Part shown: positions 38,448 through 49,476 of the stretch, piece after piece
Layout: each line of letters opens with the position of its first letter
Numbering within the stretch: position 1 is the first letter of the stretch
Source: an uncultured Candidatus Saccharibacteria bacterium
GTDB lineage: Bacteria > Patescibacteriota > Minisyncoccia > Phycocordibacterales > UBA9973
DNA length: 64,000 nt
Reading direction: 5' to 3'
Assembly: GCA_964496425.1 (NCBI GenBank)
Contig: CAZBZO010000005.1
Coordinates: forward strand, 10,015 to 74,014
The notes under the pieces: model-generated
Database searches by the model: none
The model's input: only the letters and a program-made list of their open reading frames with translations
Told to the model about the DNA's origin: nothing
Position numbers and translations under genes: made by a program

Positions 38448-39217
38448 CAGTAGATAAATATAAAAAAGAAAATAATTGAAATCACAATTCGGTACCAGCC
38501 AAAAGCTGTGAATGAATGACTGCGGACGTATCTTAAGAGCCAGGTAATAGCGAGAAGGGCAACGAGGAAAGAAACAATAAACCCAATGAGAAGGAGTGGA
38601 ATGTTATTTTTTGTGAATGTATCGATATTTTTTATGAGGTCGAGTCCAGTCGCGGCGATCATGGTTGGGACAGCGAGGAGAAATGAAAATCGCACAATCG
38701 TTTCGCGCGAGAGCCCAAGCGAAAGTCCGCCGACAATGGTGGCTGCAGAGCGTGACACTCCAGGGATAATGGCGATAGATTGGAAAAGGCCGATAATGAA
38801 AGCGTTTTTATACGTGATTTCCTCGCTGGCTTCTGCTGCCATATTTTTCTTTTTGTAGAGCATTTCAAATATGATAAGCGCAATGCCGCCGCCGACGAGC
38901 GCGCCTAAAACAACGAAAACATTGCCGATAAGGTATGTTTTGATAAATCGATAGAGTAAAAAACCGACAAGAGCTGTAGGAATGAACGCGACGAGAAGTT
39001 TTTTAATCATACTCACATTCCAGAGTGATTTGAAGTAGAGGACAATAACAGCCAAGATTGCGCCGAGCTGAATAATGACCTCAAAACTTTTAAGGAAGTT
39101 GGTCTGCGGAAGTTGTAAGACATGGCTTACGAGTATGAGATGTCCGGTTGAAGAAATCGGCAAAAATTCACTGATACCTTCCACGACGCCGAGAAGTAAT
39201 GCATGAAATACAGTCAT
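38447..39217 (-). CDS. uppP: Undecaprenyl-diphosphate phosphatase
   Basis: EGISEFLPISSTGH and PGVSRSAATI motifs. Confidence 0.97.
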   Translation of the reverse strand: MTVFHALLLGVVEGISEFLPISSTGHLILVSHVLQLPQTNFLKSFEVIIQLGAILAVIVLYFKSLWNVSMIKKLLVAFIPTALVGFLLYRFIKTYLIGNVFVVLGALVGGGIALIIFEMLYKKKNMAAEASEEITYKNAFIIGLFQSIAIIPGVSRSAATIVGGLSLGLSRETIVRFSFLLAVPTMIAATGLDLIKNIDTFTKNNIPLLLIGFIVSFLVALLAITWLLRYVRSHSFTAFGWYRIVISIIFFFIFIY

Positions 39218-39218
39218 T

Positions 39219-39836
39219 TCATTTGGAAAGGTTTTTAGTTTTTATATTAAAGAGCCAGCGGTTGAGAAACTGCAAGAGAGAAATCAAAAGTATAATTCCC
39301 ATAGCGATCAATATGAGATTGTGCGCTTTTCCGACGCCACTTACGATGTCTTCCACTCGATTTCTAAAATATGCTCCAAGCCAAACCAAGAGCGGTACAT
39401 AAATAACAATTGCAGCGAGTTCGTACATGAGAAATTTTTTAAATGGAACCTTGAGGTGACCAGCCATAAAAGGGCCAAGAAACCGCAGTTGCATGAGAAA
39501 GCGCGAAAAGAAAATGACTTTATAAATATGTGTCTCTATCCACGCTTGTTTGGTTTTGAGGCGTTTGGCAAAAAATTTATTGTAGAAAAAAGTAATGATA
39601 CGGTTGCCTCTGCGCGCCAGCACATACATGGCGATGTCACTTACCAGAAGTCCGGCCATAATGAGAGGAACCAAGATAAATACGTTTAGTTTTCCAGTGC
39701 CAGCAAGGTAGCCAAACGCCAGAAGAACCACTTCCTCGGGTACAGGAATAACAACGTTTGAAAGCATAGCCACGACGAATATCCCAACATACGAAAGAGT
39801 GCCTAGATGGCCGAGTAAAACTTGAGTTTCTGACAT
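39219..39836 (-). CDS. DedA family membrane protein
   Basis: PVPEE, SD..Y..AR and FFSRF..LR..GP motifs. Confidence 0.88.
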   Translation of the reverse strand: MSETQVLLGHLGTLSYVGIFVVAMLSNVVIPVPEEVVLLAFGYLAGTGKLNVFILVPLIMAGLLVSDIAMYVLARRGNRIITFFYNKFFAKRLKTKQAWIETHIYKVIFFSRFLMQLRFLGPFMAGHLKVPFKKFLMYELAAIVIYVPLLVWLGAYFRNRVEDIVSGVGKAHNLILIAMGIILLISLLQFLNRWLFNIKTKNLSK

Positions 39837-39948
39837 AAAATATCGAAATTGTTCTTAAACGCTTACAGTATAACACGTTTTCACCGTTCTTGCGCAGTTT
39901 TTTGAGGAATTATTAGCGAATAAATAACCGCTCCAGTATACTAATGCT

Positions 39949-41790
39949 ATGACATTTCTAATTATTTCATTTATTGCTGGCATACTAACCGTGCTTGCGC
40001 CGTGTATTTTGCCGCTTCTGCCGGTGATTGTCGGCGGCTCGATCGTCGAAGGTGAAAACAAACATAAGTCCTTTGTTATTATCGGAGCACTTATGCTCTC
40101 TATTATTATTTTTACTCTCATCCTTAAGTGGAGTACAACTTTTATCAACGTGCCACAGTATGTCTGGACACTTATTTCCGGTTCCATTTTGATTCTTTTT
40201 GCAATCTCCATGATTTTTCCCGGACTCTGGGAACGACTTCCGTTCACAAGCGTCCTTTCATTGAAAAGTAACAAATTACTCGGTACGGGGTATCAGAAAA
40301 AGAGTCTCTGGGGCGATATTATTATGGGTGCGGCGCTCGGGCCAGTCTTCTCATCATGTAGCCCGACTTATTTTGTCATTCTCGCTACAGTCTTGCCACA
40401 GAGTTTTAGTAAAGGATTGCTCTATCTCCTCGCGTATGCTCTGGGGCTTGGACTTTCACTTTTGATAATTGTATTTGTCGGACAGAAAATTATTGGGCGC
40501 ATCGGTGCAGTGTCGGATCCACGAAGTATTTTTAAGCGTTCGATCGGAATCTTATTTCTTTTAGTTGGTATCGCAATTCTTACAGGCTATGACAAAAAAA
40601 TAGAAGAGAAGCTTTTGAATGGAACATTTGATATTACCAAAATTGAAACTAAGCTTTTGCAACAAGCCGATAAAACCACATCACTACTTTCGGACCCTTT
40701 GCCTCCTACAACACAGAGTGTCTCAGAAGATATGCCAGATATACTTGCAGAGGCTTTACCCACTGCCTCAGGTATGCCAACTGCGAAGCAATTTATGACC
40801 CTCATCGACAAAGCAAAAAAATATCCACAGTATACAGAAATTACCAATCCATCTGGATTTGTAAATACAGACGGTTTACCGATTACGATTGCGGAGCATG
40901 TCGGTCGCGAAGTTATTATGATTGATTTTATGACGTATAGCTGTATTAATTGTAAGCGAACATTTCCATACTTAAATACGTGGTATGAAAAGTATCAGGA
41001 TGACGGTTTTCTGATTATCGGCATTCATACACCAGAATTCGCTTTTGAAAAGAACATTGGCAATGTAACTGACGCTATGGCTGACGCAGGGATTATGTTT
41101 CCGATCGTGCTTGATAATGACTACGGCACATGGAATGCGTATAAAAATAGTTACTGGCCACGCAAATATCTCATTGATATTGATGGCTATGTGGTCTACG
41201 ATCATATTGGTGAAGGGGAGTATGAAAAGACTGAAGCAAAAATTGTAGAATTATTAGCTGAGCGAGCAGTGCGGCTCGGTATGACGGCTCCTCAAAATGA
41301 AAACGGCAGCGATACGATCACTCCTGTATCAATTCTCACGAGTAGTCCCGAAACCTATCTCGGAAGTGCGAGGCAGGGTAATTTTGTAAATGAAAATACT
41401 GCTAGTGGTTGCAAAGCTGGTGCATGCATATACACCCTTCCCGCAACTATTCCCCAAAACAGTTTTGCGTTAGGCGGCACATGGAGTGCGTCGGACGAAT
41501 TTATGACATTAACAAGTCCAAGCGGAAGCATCCAATATCACTTCATTGCTTCAAAAGTATACCTAGTGGCTTCCAATAGTAGTGGGCCTGTTGATGCTGA
41601 TATATTAATTGATGGGCGTCCAATAGCCGAAGGTGAAAAAGGAAGCGATGTGGATGCACAAGGCCATATACGTATCGATGGGGCCAATCTATACAACATT
41701 GCTGATTTTGGAGGAACGATGGCTGAACATACGATTGAAATCCGCGCTAATAATGCGGGGCTTGAAGCCTACACTTTTACATTTGGTTAG
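39949..41790 (+). CDS. DipZ-like CcdA/thioredoxin fusion
   Basis: LAPCILPLLP, SSCSP, DFMTYSCINC, IGIHTPEFAFEK and terminal YTFTFG. Confidence 0.92.
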   Translation: MTFLIISFIAGILTVLAPCILPLLPVIVGGSIVEGENKHKSFVIIGALMLSIIIFTLILKWSTTFINVPQYVWTLISGSILILFAISMIFPGLWERLPFTSVLSLKSNKLLGTGYQKKSLWGDIIMGAALGPVFSSCSPTYFVILATVLPQSFSKGLLYLLAYALGLGLSLLIIVFVGQKIIGRIGAVSDPRSIFKRSIGILFLLVGIAILTGYDKKIEEKLLNGTFDITKIETKLLQQADKTTSLLSDPLPPTTQSVSEDMPDILAEALPTASGMPTAKQFMTLIDKAKKYPQYTEITNPSGFVNTDGLPITIAEHVGREVIMIDFMTYSCINCKRTFPYLNTWYEKYQDDGFLIIGIHTPEFAFEKNIGNVTDAMADAGIMFPIVLDNDYGTWNAYKNSYWPRKYLIDIDGYVVYDHIGEGEYEKTEAKIVELLAERAVRLGMTAPQNENGSDTITPVSILTSSPETYLGSARQGNFVNENTASGCKAGACIYTLPATIPQNSFALGGTWSASDEFMTLTSPSGSIQYHFIASKVYLVASNSSGPVDADILIDGRPIAEGEKGSDVDAQGHIRIDGANLYNIADFGGTMAEHTIEIRANNAGLEAYTFTFG

Positions 41791-42394
41791 TATTTCTCCA
41801 TGGTCCCCAAAGATTGATATGGAAATATATCGCACCCAGGCGTAGTGCGTACGCTGCTAGTAGAATTCCATACAATACGAAAGGATTTTTAAGATACGAC
41901 GAAAAAATGACATACAGTAGTCCTAAAAATATTGCAGGTGAGGCATAAAAATCTTTATAAAAAATCTGGGGAGTTTCGGCAATTGCAATGTCACGTAAAA
42001 GACCTCCACCAACTGCGCTTACTGTTGCGAGGAATATTATCGCAATTGATCCAAGGCCCGCAACATGAGCTGCTGATGCACCAATAAGGGCAAATGTTAC
42101 TAAACCGAGCGCATCTATAGCGAGCGCAAAACGATTGATTTTAGAAAATACTGGATACAAAATAATCGCTAAAAAGGTGCCACATAATATAGCAATGCAG
42201 TACGACATATCATAAAAATACTGCGGTGTGTGGCCGAGCAATATTTCTCGGATGGTCCCGCCGCCTACAGCGGTGAGGAATGCAACGATAAAAATACCAA
42301 AGATATCAAATTTTCTTTGAATGCCAATATAGGCGCCATAGAAAGCGAACGTAATCGTGCCGAGGAGGTCGAGAAGATAAATTTCAAAACCCAT
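41777..42394 (-). CDS. UPF0126/TRIC-family membrane protein
   Basis: Duplicated TAVGGGTIRE / SAVGGGLLRD motifs and DALGL. Confidence 0.92.
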   Translation of the reverse strand: MGFEIYLLDLLGTITFAFYGAYIGIQRKFDIFGIFIVAFLTAVGGGTIREILLGHTPQYFYDMSYCIAILCGTFLAIILYPVFSKINRFALAIDALGLVTFALIGASAAHVAGLGSIAIIFLATVSAVGGGLLRDIAIAETPQIFYKDFYASPAIFLGLLYVIFSSYLKNPFVLYGILLAAYALRLGAIYFHINLWGPWRNTNQM

Positions 42395-42434
42395 GTCTGT
42401 ATCCTAGCATAGGAGACCGTATCGTTACAGCTTT

Positions 42435-43355
42435 TTAGTCAAAAATCGCTGCGAGGTAGGCGTCGATATCACGCTGGTCCATGTCGTAAAAATTCTTTAG
42501 ATCTTTGTGGAGTTTGCCGGCAAGCGCGACTCCGACAAATCTCCAGTGCCATGGTTCATACGTATAGTAAGTGTTGTTTTTTGGATATGAAAGTACAAAA
42601 CCGTATTTATTGGCATTACCAACGAGCCAGGAATAGGCGATGGTCGAATCAAATCCTGAAAATGGCGTAGCTTCATCGCTTGTGAAATCAATCGCAGTCC
42701 CCAGCTGATGTTCTGAATATCCTTGATCGGCAGAAAATTGATTGGCAGTGCCAGCTCCGTAGATCACTGTGTAGTTTGATTTGAGCGCGGCTTGTTCACC
42801 GAACGATCGATAGGCTGATACAACAGAGAGATCTACCCCGTCTGTTTTCGCATGCGCGAACATGTCTTCAAGAAACGGTAAAACACTGACATGTATTTCT
42901 TGAGGATTGGACGTGTCGTAGAGATCATCCTCGTCGATGTCTGCTAACCCTGATGGTGTATAATTTTCGTTCAGAAAATATATTTTAGAATATTTCTGCA
43001 AAAGTTCAGGATCTGTGTTTTCAAGTTTTTGAAGTGTGCCGACGGTACCGGTGACCTGTTCAATACTTGCTCCAAAATTTTCTATTTGGTTTTGAAATGC
43101 ACTTGCTTGATTACGCAATGAGTCTGTAATACTGGTGTTTTGGTCCTGGGTAACCGAAATATTGTGTTCAAGCTCGCCGAGCTTGGTCGCATACTCAGAT
43201 TGAGTTTTCGTGGTCATAGCTACCTGGTCTTTCATGCTATTGGCAACGACATGAACACGGTAGAGGCTATAGATACTTATACCCAGAACGACTAACACAA
43301 TGGCACCAAGAATTATAAGAGCTTTTTGAGATACGATCATAGAATCATTTTTCAT
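42435..43355 (-). CDS. M15B D-Ala-D-Ala carboxypeptidase (VanY-like)
   Basis: SAYRS, SEHQLGTAID and EPWHWRFVG motifs, with an N-terminal TM and coiled coil. Confidence 0.93.
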   Translation of the reverse strand: MKNDSMIVSQKALIILGAIVLVVLGISIYSLYRVHVVANSMKDQVAMTTKTQSEYATKLGELEHNISVTQDQNTSITDSLRNQASAFQNQIENFGASIEQVTGTVGTLQKLENTDPELLQKYSKIYFLNENYTPSGLADIDEDDLYDTSNPQEIHVSVLPFLEDMFAHAKTDGVDLSVVSAYRSFGEQAALKSNYTVIYGAGTANQFSADQGYSEHQLGTAIDFTSDEATPFSGFDSTIAYSWLVGNANKYGFVLSYPKNNTYYTYEPWHWRFVGVALAGKLHKDLKNFYDMDQRDIDAYLAAIFD

Positions 43356-43456
43356 GTCTGGATTCTACCATATTCGATAAAATCTCAAAACGATACCAAG
43401 AGACGACTGGTTTCTCAAGACAAAAATACAAAATCGTATGCTATAGTATAAAAACT

Positions 43457-44410
43457 ATGCCAGAAGCAATCATTACAATAAAGAACCTCACGAAATCATT
43501 TAAAAATGTTGAAGTTTTGAAAGGTATCAATCTCGAAGTGGAAAAGGGGACTATGCTTGCACTTTTGGGACCAAATGGTGCCGGTAAAACGACGACGGTG
43601 CGTATTTTAAGCACGCTTTTATCACCAGACGGTGGTGAAGTGCGAGTACGTGGTCTCGATATTGTACGTGATGCTGATCACGTCCGCGCTTCGATCGGGC
43701 TCACCGGTCAGTATGCCGCAGTGGACGAATATTTAACGGGCGAAGAAAATCTCATCATGATGGGGCGGCTCTACCATTTGAAAAAAGATGCAGCTAAAAT
43801 ACGTGCAAAAGAATTGCTCGAAGAATTTGATTTAACAGAAGCAAAAGATCGCATCGCCAAAACATATTCGGGTGGCATGCGTCGAAGACTGGATCTCGCC
43901 CTTTCGCTCATTGCGACACCACCTATTTTGTTTCTTGACGAACCGACCACTGGTCTCGATCCGCGGAGCCGCATTAAGATTTGGGAAATTATAAAAAAAC
44001 TTTTAGCGAGCGGTACCACAATTCTTCTCACCACTCAGTATCTTGAAGAAGCAGATAAGCTCGCTGACAAAATAGCTGTGCTCGACCACGGGGTGATTAT
44101 TGCGTACGGCACAGCCAACGAACTCAAAGAACGAGCAGGTAAAGAGCGCCTAGAGATTCGTATTGATAAAGAAAATAATTTTGCTGATGCAGTGGCCGCA
44201 ATCCTAGGCAGCAATAAACAAGTAGACGAATACGAGCGTCGTATCAGTATTGAAACTGATGGTAGCGTGGCAAGTGTTAAAGGTGTACTTGATGCTCTAG
44301 CGCACGCCCGCATCGAAGTCGAAACTTTGTCTCTTCATAAACCTACCCTCGACGATGTGTTTTTAACACTCACCGGTCACGCTGCTGAAACAGTAAAAAC
44401 TGAACAATAA
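43457..44410 (+). CDS. DrrA-type ABC ATPase
   Basis: GPNGAGKTT, YSGGMRRRLD, LDEPTTGLDP and TTQYLEEAD motifs. Confidence 0.95.
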   Translation: MPEAIITIKNLTKSFKNVEVLKGINLEVEKGTMLALLGPNGAGKTTTVRILSTLLSPDGGEVRVRGLDIVRDADHVRASIGLTGQYAAVDEYLTGEENLIMMGRLYHLKKDAAKIRAKELLEEFDLTEAKDRIAKTYSGGMRRRLDLALSLIATPPILFLDEPTTGLDPRSRIKIWEIIKKLLASGTTILLTTQYLEEADKLADKIAVLDHGVIIAYGTANELKERAGKERLEIRIDKENNFADAVAAILGSNKQVDEYERRISIETDGSVASVKGVLDALAHARIEVETLSLHKPTLDDVFLTLTGHAAETVKTEQ

Positions 44411-44412
44411 TT

Positions 44413-45222
44413 ATGGAACCACACATTCAACAATCTAAAAAGTTTGATTCGCCAATCTCGTGGGCCGTTTCTGATACCTTGGTATTAGTTGAGCGCAGTT
44501 TGCGGCATATTTTTAAAAATCTCGATCAACTTTTGTCGATTATTATTTCTCCGGTCATGTTTATGCTGTTGTTTCGCTATGTCTTCGGCGGGGCGATTGC
44601 AACCGAGGGTACCACATACGTCAATTATCTCGTGGCGGGTATTTTAGTGCAGACTGCTGCTTTTGGGGCGCTCACCACATCGCTCTCTGTGGCCAATGAT
44701 TTAAAACAGGGGATCATCGAGCGATTAAAAACGCTCCCGATCGTAAGCTCGGGAGTGCTTATGGGTCACGTGGTAGCGGATTTGGTACGAAATATTCTCT
44801 CATCGATTGTGATGATCGGTATTGCACTTCTGGTTGGCTTTCGGCCGAATGCGACGATTATCGAATGGATTCAAATACTTGGTATACTTTTGCTTTTTAC
44901 TTTTGCGATCTCATGGCTCTCAGCGATTATGGGTCTCCTTGCAAAGTCTGTGGAAGCAGTGCAATGGCTTGGCTTTGTGGCGATTTTTCCGCTTACCTTT
45001 GCTTCAAGTGCATTTGTACCAACAGATGGTATGCCACGAGCACTTAAATTTTTCGCTGAAAATCAACCAATCACGCATGTGATCGAATCAATCCGCTCAC
45101 TCATGATCGGCACCCCGATCGGCAACCATGCCACCATGGCAGTACTCTGGTGTGTAGGATTTATTGTGATTGCTATTCCTCTTGCCTCATATCTTTTCCG
45201 AAAACACAAAGGTAATCGATAA
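44413..45222 (+). CDS. DrrB-type ABC-2 permease
   Basis: Six TM helices, LFRYVFGGAI and FASSAFVP..MP..FAENQP. Confidence 0.93.
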   Translation: MEPHIQQSKKFDSPISWAVSDTLVLVERSLRHIFKNLDQLLSIIISPVMFMLLFRYVFGGAIATEGTTYVNYLVAGILVQTAAFGALTTSLSVANDLKQGIIERLKTLPIVSSGVLMGHVVADLVRNILSSIVMIGIALLVGFRPNATIIEWIQILGILLLFTFAISWLSAIMGLLAKSVEAVQWLGFVAIFPLTFASSAFVPTDGMPRALKFFAENQPITHVIESIRSLMIGTPIGNHATMAVLWCVGFIVIAIPLASYLFRKHKGNR

Positions 45223-45242
45223 TTTTCCCTTAACTCTCGTTT

Positions 45243-46064
45243 TTAAAACGTATTACATGCGGACACAAGGCCCGTATCGTATCCACGAGTAAACCAAAAT
45301 ACCCTCTCTTCAGAGGACCCATGAGTAAACGTCTCAGGTCGAATGCTTCCGGTCGTTGTTGCTTGGATATTATCGTCGCCAACTGCAGCAGCAGCATCGA
45401 GTGCTTCCTTGATTTCTCCTGGCAAAAACACGTCTTGGTCTTTTATTGAATTTGCCCAAAGTCCACCATAGCAATCGGCTTGAAGCTCGAGCTTAACCGA
45501 AAGTTCGTTTTCATTTTTGTTTGTGATTTGGCTATCTACAGCTTCCATTGTTCCCTGTAAATTTTGAACATGATGGCCGACTTCATGGGCGATCACGTAT
45601 GCTTCTGCTACGTCGCCTCCTTCGGCACCGAAGCGACTTTGGAGTTCATCGAAAAATGTTTCATCGAGATATATTGTTTGGTCAATCGGGCAATAATGAG
45701 GACCTATGTCAGATGTGGCAACTCCGCAGCCGGACTCTGTGGCGTTTCGAAAGAGTACTAAAGTCGGAGGAATATAGGATTCATTATCTTTTGCAAATGT
45801 CGCAGCCCACAGGTCGTTGTTTGAGCCGAGAACAGTAGAGGCGAATACCTCATACGAGTCCATGCCTTCAAAGTCTGCGCTGTTTTCACTTGGTACCTCG
45901 ACTTGGCTGAGGATAGGAAGTAAGTCAGAAACATTGCCACCACTGAGAAGTGTAAATACTACGACGATAGCAACGCCGCCAAGACCCAAACCACCAAACC
46001 CCACCGAGCTAGCTCGGCGGTCTACTACATTTCCACGACTCAGTATTTTGTTCCAACGCGCCAT
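45243..46064 (-). CDS. YpfJ-like neutral zinc metallopeptidase
   Basis: GPHYCP, AHEVGHHVQ, ELQADC and TFTHGSS motifs. Confidence 0.93.
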   Translation of the reverse strand: MARWNKILSRGNVVDRRASSVGFGGLGLGGVAIVVVFTLLSGGNVSDLLPILSQVEVPSENSADFEGMDSYEVFASTVLGSNNDLWAATFAKDNESYIPPTLVLFRNATESGCGVATSDIGPHYCPIDQTIYLDETFFDELQSRFGAEGGDVAEAYVIAHEVGHHVQNLQGTMEAVDSQITNKNENELSVKLELQADCYGGLWANSIKDQDVFLPGEIKEALDAAAAVGDDNIQATTTGSIRPETFTHGSSEERVFWFTRGYDTGLVSACNTF

Positions 46065-46151
46065 ACACAAGTAGACGATTGATGAGAGTTATTGTAACGA
46101 TGTATATGTTTACAATCGCACGTAGTCCAGCGTACGTTTTACAGTTGATAA

Positions 46152-47087
46152 TTATCCTTGGCTCATATTGTATCGTCCTTGATCTAAAATAAGAGTACTT
46201 CGGATCGCGTCAAATTCTAAAAGTAAAGCATCCTTATCAAAAGCAGGAGTAGTTCCGGGGTCATAATTTTCAATAACAGTATAATGAACAACATACCGAA
46301 TGGCTATGCATGGATTGGTGCCCGGTATGGCGTATATTGTCTCCTCGTAGCGGCTGCCGAGACCGGCGTTGGAAGATGTTGCGACTGAGTATGTCACGTC
46401 ATTTTGTGTTTTCTCTGTTGCTGGGTGGATGCCATCCAAAAATATATTGGCAGTGCATGAGTCTGTTTGTGGAATGCTCTCGATGCTAATGTACGTGTCA
46501 CTAGAAAGATTGGGGCCTTCGGTTGGTGGGGGAGGAATAGTAAAAGCAACTCCAGCGATTTTTTTCCCTGGCGCGAGCTGGTATGCATGCGAGGTATTTA
46601 CGCTGTATCCTTCTGGATAACGGATTGAAAATCCTTCTGTGCCGTTTACATATATTTCTGTGAGATTTGATTCTTCTGGTACATCTGCTACTCTCACGCA
46701 GCCAATAAAAGTTTTTTCCTCATTATTTTCGAGTACCAATGCGCCGTTGCCCTTGCTCCAGAATATAAAAGATTCATCTTCTGTCGCATAGCGTGTACCG
46801 TCCGCAGAAATTGTTTGGGGAATAGCAACAAAACGACCACCACTTAATTTGAGGCTTACGCTGCCACCAGGAGTAGGTGGTAAGTTGGGACTTGTCGCAG
46901 GTTTTGATTCTCCTTTAAAAAAGGTTGCCGTGATTTTCTTATTGTTGTTGCATGCGTACGTAATAGTTTGCGGCGCTTTATTTCCGTCTAAGCCCAGCAT
47001 TTCAATACTCTCTGGATGCGACACGAAAAACCAGCCAGCCAGAACGAGGATTACAATTACAGCAAAAATCACCAAGAATTTCTTCAT
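46152..47087 (-). CDS. MliC-domain membrane-anchored protein
   Basis: YAC..., QTISADGTRYA and FWSKGNGA motifs. Confidence 0.8.
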   Translation of the reverse strand: MKKFLVIFAVIVILVLAGWFFVSHPESIEMLGLDGNKAPQTITYACNNNKKITATFFKGESKPATSPNLPPTPGGSVSLKLSGGRFVAIPQTISADGTRYATEDESFIFWSKGNGALVLENNEEKTFIGCVRVADVPEESNLTEIYVNGTEGFSIRYPEGYSVNTSHAYQLAPGKKIAGVAFTIPPPPTEGPNLSSDTYISIESIPQTDSCTANIFLDGIHPATEKTQNDVTYSVATSSNAGLGSRYEETIYAIPGTNPCIAIRYVVHYTVIENYDPGTTPAFDKDALLLEFDAIRSTLILDQGRYNMSQG

Positions 47088-47154
47088 ATTCTTATTATAG
47101 TCTAGGAATTCTAAAAACGAAATTTTCTATCTTTTTCAGGAGGATATTCTATTT

Positions 47155-47922
47155 TTATTGATACCAATTAAGTAACACAACATCAATGCTTGGATTACTA
47201 GCATTCACAAGCTCTTTGAAATGATTGATGTCACTTAAGCCATTTTCTCCACGATAATGGTAGGGGTAGATATGAGCAGGTGCAAAATCAAGTACGGCAT
47301 CTGCTGCTTCTTCGACGCTCATGGTGAAAGGAAGATTCATTGGAATAAGTGCGATATCGATGTCTCTAAGGGCACGCATTTCGGGTATACCAGAAGTATC
47401 TCCTGCTACGTATACATGGAATCCATCTCGCTCGATCACATAGCCATTGCCACGGCCTTTTGTGTGTCGACTCTCGGGTGTCTCGGGAAGATTGTACATT
47501 GGTATGGCTGTGATTTGGAAACCTTGCTCCGTTATAGTTTCTCCATTTGCAAGGACAATAGCGCGCGGCAGGAGATCTTCCGGTAGCAAATCTTTGACAG
47601 CTTGTGGAACAATAATATTGGCATCTCCAATTACGGCTTGAAGCGTCTCCGCATTAAAATGGTCACCATGAATATCAGTGACAAGAATAATATTAGCAGG
47701 GGACTGGTTTGTAAATGCTGCTACCCCGCCGGTTGGATCAGTGTAAAGCGTCATACCAGCCCAACTAAGCACGGCAGTGGCATGGGAGATTGGAGTGATC
47801 GTTACCGGTGCGGTATTTGCCACCTCCATTGAAGTCGGAGAAGTATTTTCTTTTTTATTGAATATAAAAAATAAAACTCCAAGACCGATAATAGCGATAA
47901 TAATCCAAAGAATTGTTTTCAT
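47155..47922 (-). CDS. MBL-fold metallo-hydrolase
   Basis: TDIHGDHF, AGDT and YPYHY motifs. Confidence 0.9.
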   Translation of the reverse strand: MKTILWIIIAIIGLGVLFFIFNKKENTSPTSMEVANTAPVTITPISHATAVLSWAGMTLYTDPTGGVAAFTNQSPANIILVTDIHGDHFNAETLQAVIGDANIIVPQAVKDLLPEDLLPRAIVLANGETITEQGFQITAIPMYNLPETPESRHTKGRGNGYVIERDGFHVYVAGDTSGIPEMRALRDIDIALIPMNLPFTMSVEEAADAVLDFAPAHIYPYHYRGENGLSDINHFKELVNASNPSIDVVLLNWYQ

Positions 47923-47937
47923 AATATTGTTTTTTAT

Positions 47938-48375
47938 TTAATCTGGTAAAAATAAACAAGTACTATTTGAATCAACTATCAAATTTTCTTGATCCTGACT
48001 AATACCCTTAAAATTTCCCAACGAATCAACGCAAATATATTCCTGTCCACTCCATTTTTCTAAAAGTTTTGTAGACGAGACCCAACTATTTTCATCACTG
48101 AAGCATTTAACTACAGCATTTTCTGCGTTTCTTTCGTCTATCAAAGCAATATTTTCTTGCGTAACAGTATCTGTGCAGAAGTTTGCGTACGATGTATTTT
48201 CCTGGTAAAAAACTGGTGCTTGGCGACGAAAATCAGAAAGAAGAGATAGTGTTGCTGCATCAGGATTTTTCGGATGTCCATCTGGGATGATAAATGAATA
48301 TACGATAAAAGCCACTACAAATACGATAATAACAATGGCGAGTGGTATAAAAATCCATTTTAATATTTTTTTCAT
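47938..48375 (-). CDS. Membrane-anchored hypothetical protein (pilin-like C-terminus possible)
   Basis: N-terminal TM, four Cys and YICVDSLG. Start moved to MKKILKW. Confidence 0.6.
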   Translation of the reverse strand: MKKILKWIFIPLAIVIIVFVVAFIVYSFIIPDGHPKNPDAATLSLLSDFRRQAPVFYQENTSYANFCTDTVTQENIALIDERNAENAVVKCFSDENSWVSSTKLLEKWSGQEYICVDSLGNFKGISQDQENLIVDSNSTCLFLPD

Positions 48376-48376
48376 A

Positions 48377-48880
48377 TTATCCTTTATACGCTTCCTCAAG
48401 TTTGGCAATATCTATCTTTTTCATTTGCATCATGGCGTGCATTGCCCGGGCGTTGCCTTCCTTGTCTGAACCATTTAAGTATTGCTCCATTGGTGGTGCG
48501 ATCTGCCAAGAAAATCCCCACTTGTCTTTGCACCAGCCACACTGGCTCTCTGCACCCTCCTTGGTAAATGTATTCCAAAAGTGATCGATTTCTTCTTGGG
48601 TTTTGCATTCAATCATAAATGATACTGATTCATTGGGTTTAAAGAGTGGGCCACCGTCAAGACACATAAATTTTTCTCCAGCCAGGCTAAAGACTCCCGT
48701 GAGGACCTTGCCCTCCATGCCTTTCAAGTGCTCTTCGTTTGAACCCTCAGGGTAATACTTAATAGTTATTACTTTTGATTCAACGCTTTGACCCGGTGCG
48801 GTATTAAATGTTTCAACATAAAAATTCATTGCGTCCTTGGCATCTTTGTCGAACCATAAAAACGGGGTGATTTTTTGCAT
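48377..48880 (-). CDS. VOC/PhnB family protein
   Basis: MQKITPFLWF, CGWCKDKWGFSWQI and MMQMKKIDIAKL motifs. Confidence 0.92.
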   Translation of the reverse strand: MQKITPFLWFDKDAKDAMNFYVETFNTAPGQSVESKVITIKYYPEGSNEEHLKGMEGKVLTGVFSLAGEKFMCLDGGPLFKPNESVSFMIECKTQEEIDHFWNTFTKEGAESQCGWCKDKWGFSWQIAPPMEQYLNGSDKEGNARAMHAMMQMKKIDIAKLEEAYKG

Positions 48881-48987
48881 AAAATAAATTTTAAAATTTG
48901 GGTATTAACCAGTAATATAAAAAGTATAGCACGGTCTACTTTGTATAAAGTAAACGCATGAGTTTGCTTTTTCATGCGAAGAATTTG

Positions 48988-49476
48988 TTAGGAATGAAGG
49001 TAATACACTTTTGTCACCCAATGGGTTGGGTGTGTGTCAGACATACTGTCGACAACATATTCCTCAACAGCGAGTACTGATGATCCGCCTTTGTCATAAT
49101 TCTTTTCTTTGGCGTACGCCATAAGTGAACGATGAATATCGCCGAGTCCACTATATGGACCGTGGAGTGAGTCAGTAAACGCTTTACAGGGGGCAATATC
49201 AACTAGCTCTAGTTCCGGATCACCAACATTTCCTATTCCCTCTACGGGAAATGAGATACCAAGCTCAGCCTGACCTGCCGCTTGATCCCATTTAAAATAA
49301 AGTACTGTCCACGGACCAGCCGGGTTGATGTTATGTGTTTTTAAATATCCGCCGAGTTTCTTTCCCGCTTCGTCGTACAGGGCATGGTCACTGACCTGAC
49401 TAATGGCGATTGATTTTCTCAATGTGAGGTATCGTTTTGGCCCAAATGTTGTTTCTTGAATTGACATATTATTCAT
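48988..49476 (-). CDS. GyrI-like small-molecule-binding protein
   Basis: HGPYSGL..H and EEYVVD..WVTKVY motifs. Confidence 0.8.
   Translation of the reverse strand: MNNMSIQETTFGPKRYLTLRKSIAISQVSDHALYDEAGKKLGGYLKTHNINPAGPWTVLYFKWDQAAGQAELGISFPVEGIGNVGDPELELVDIAPCKAFTDSLHGPYSGLGDIHRSLMAYAKEKNYDKGGSSVLAVEEYVVDSMSDTHPTHWVTKVYYLHS

Noticed and set aside
41777-42394. UPF0126 protein as a glycine supplier for PurD
   Set aside because: The family has been linked to glycine use, but the gene lies outside the pur cluster and nothing in the sequence ties it to it.
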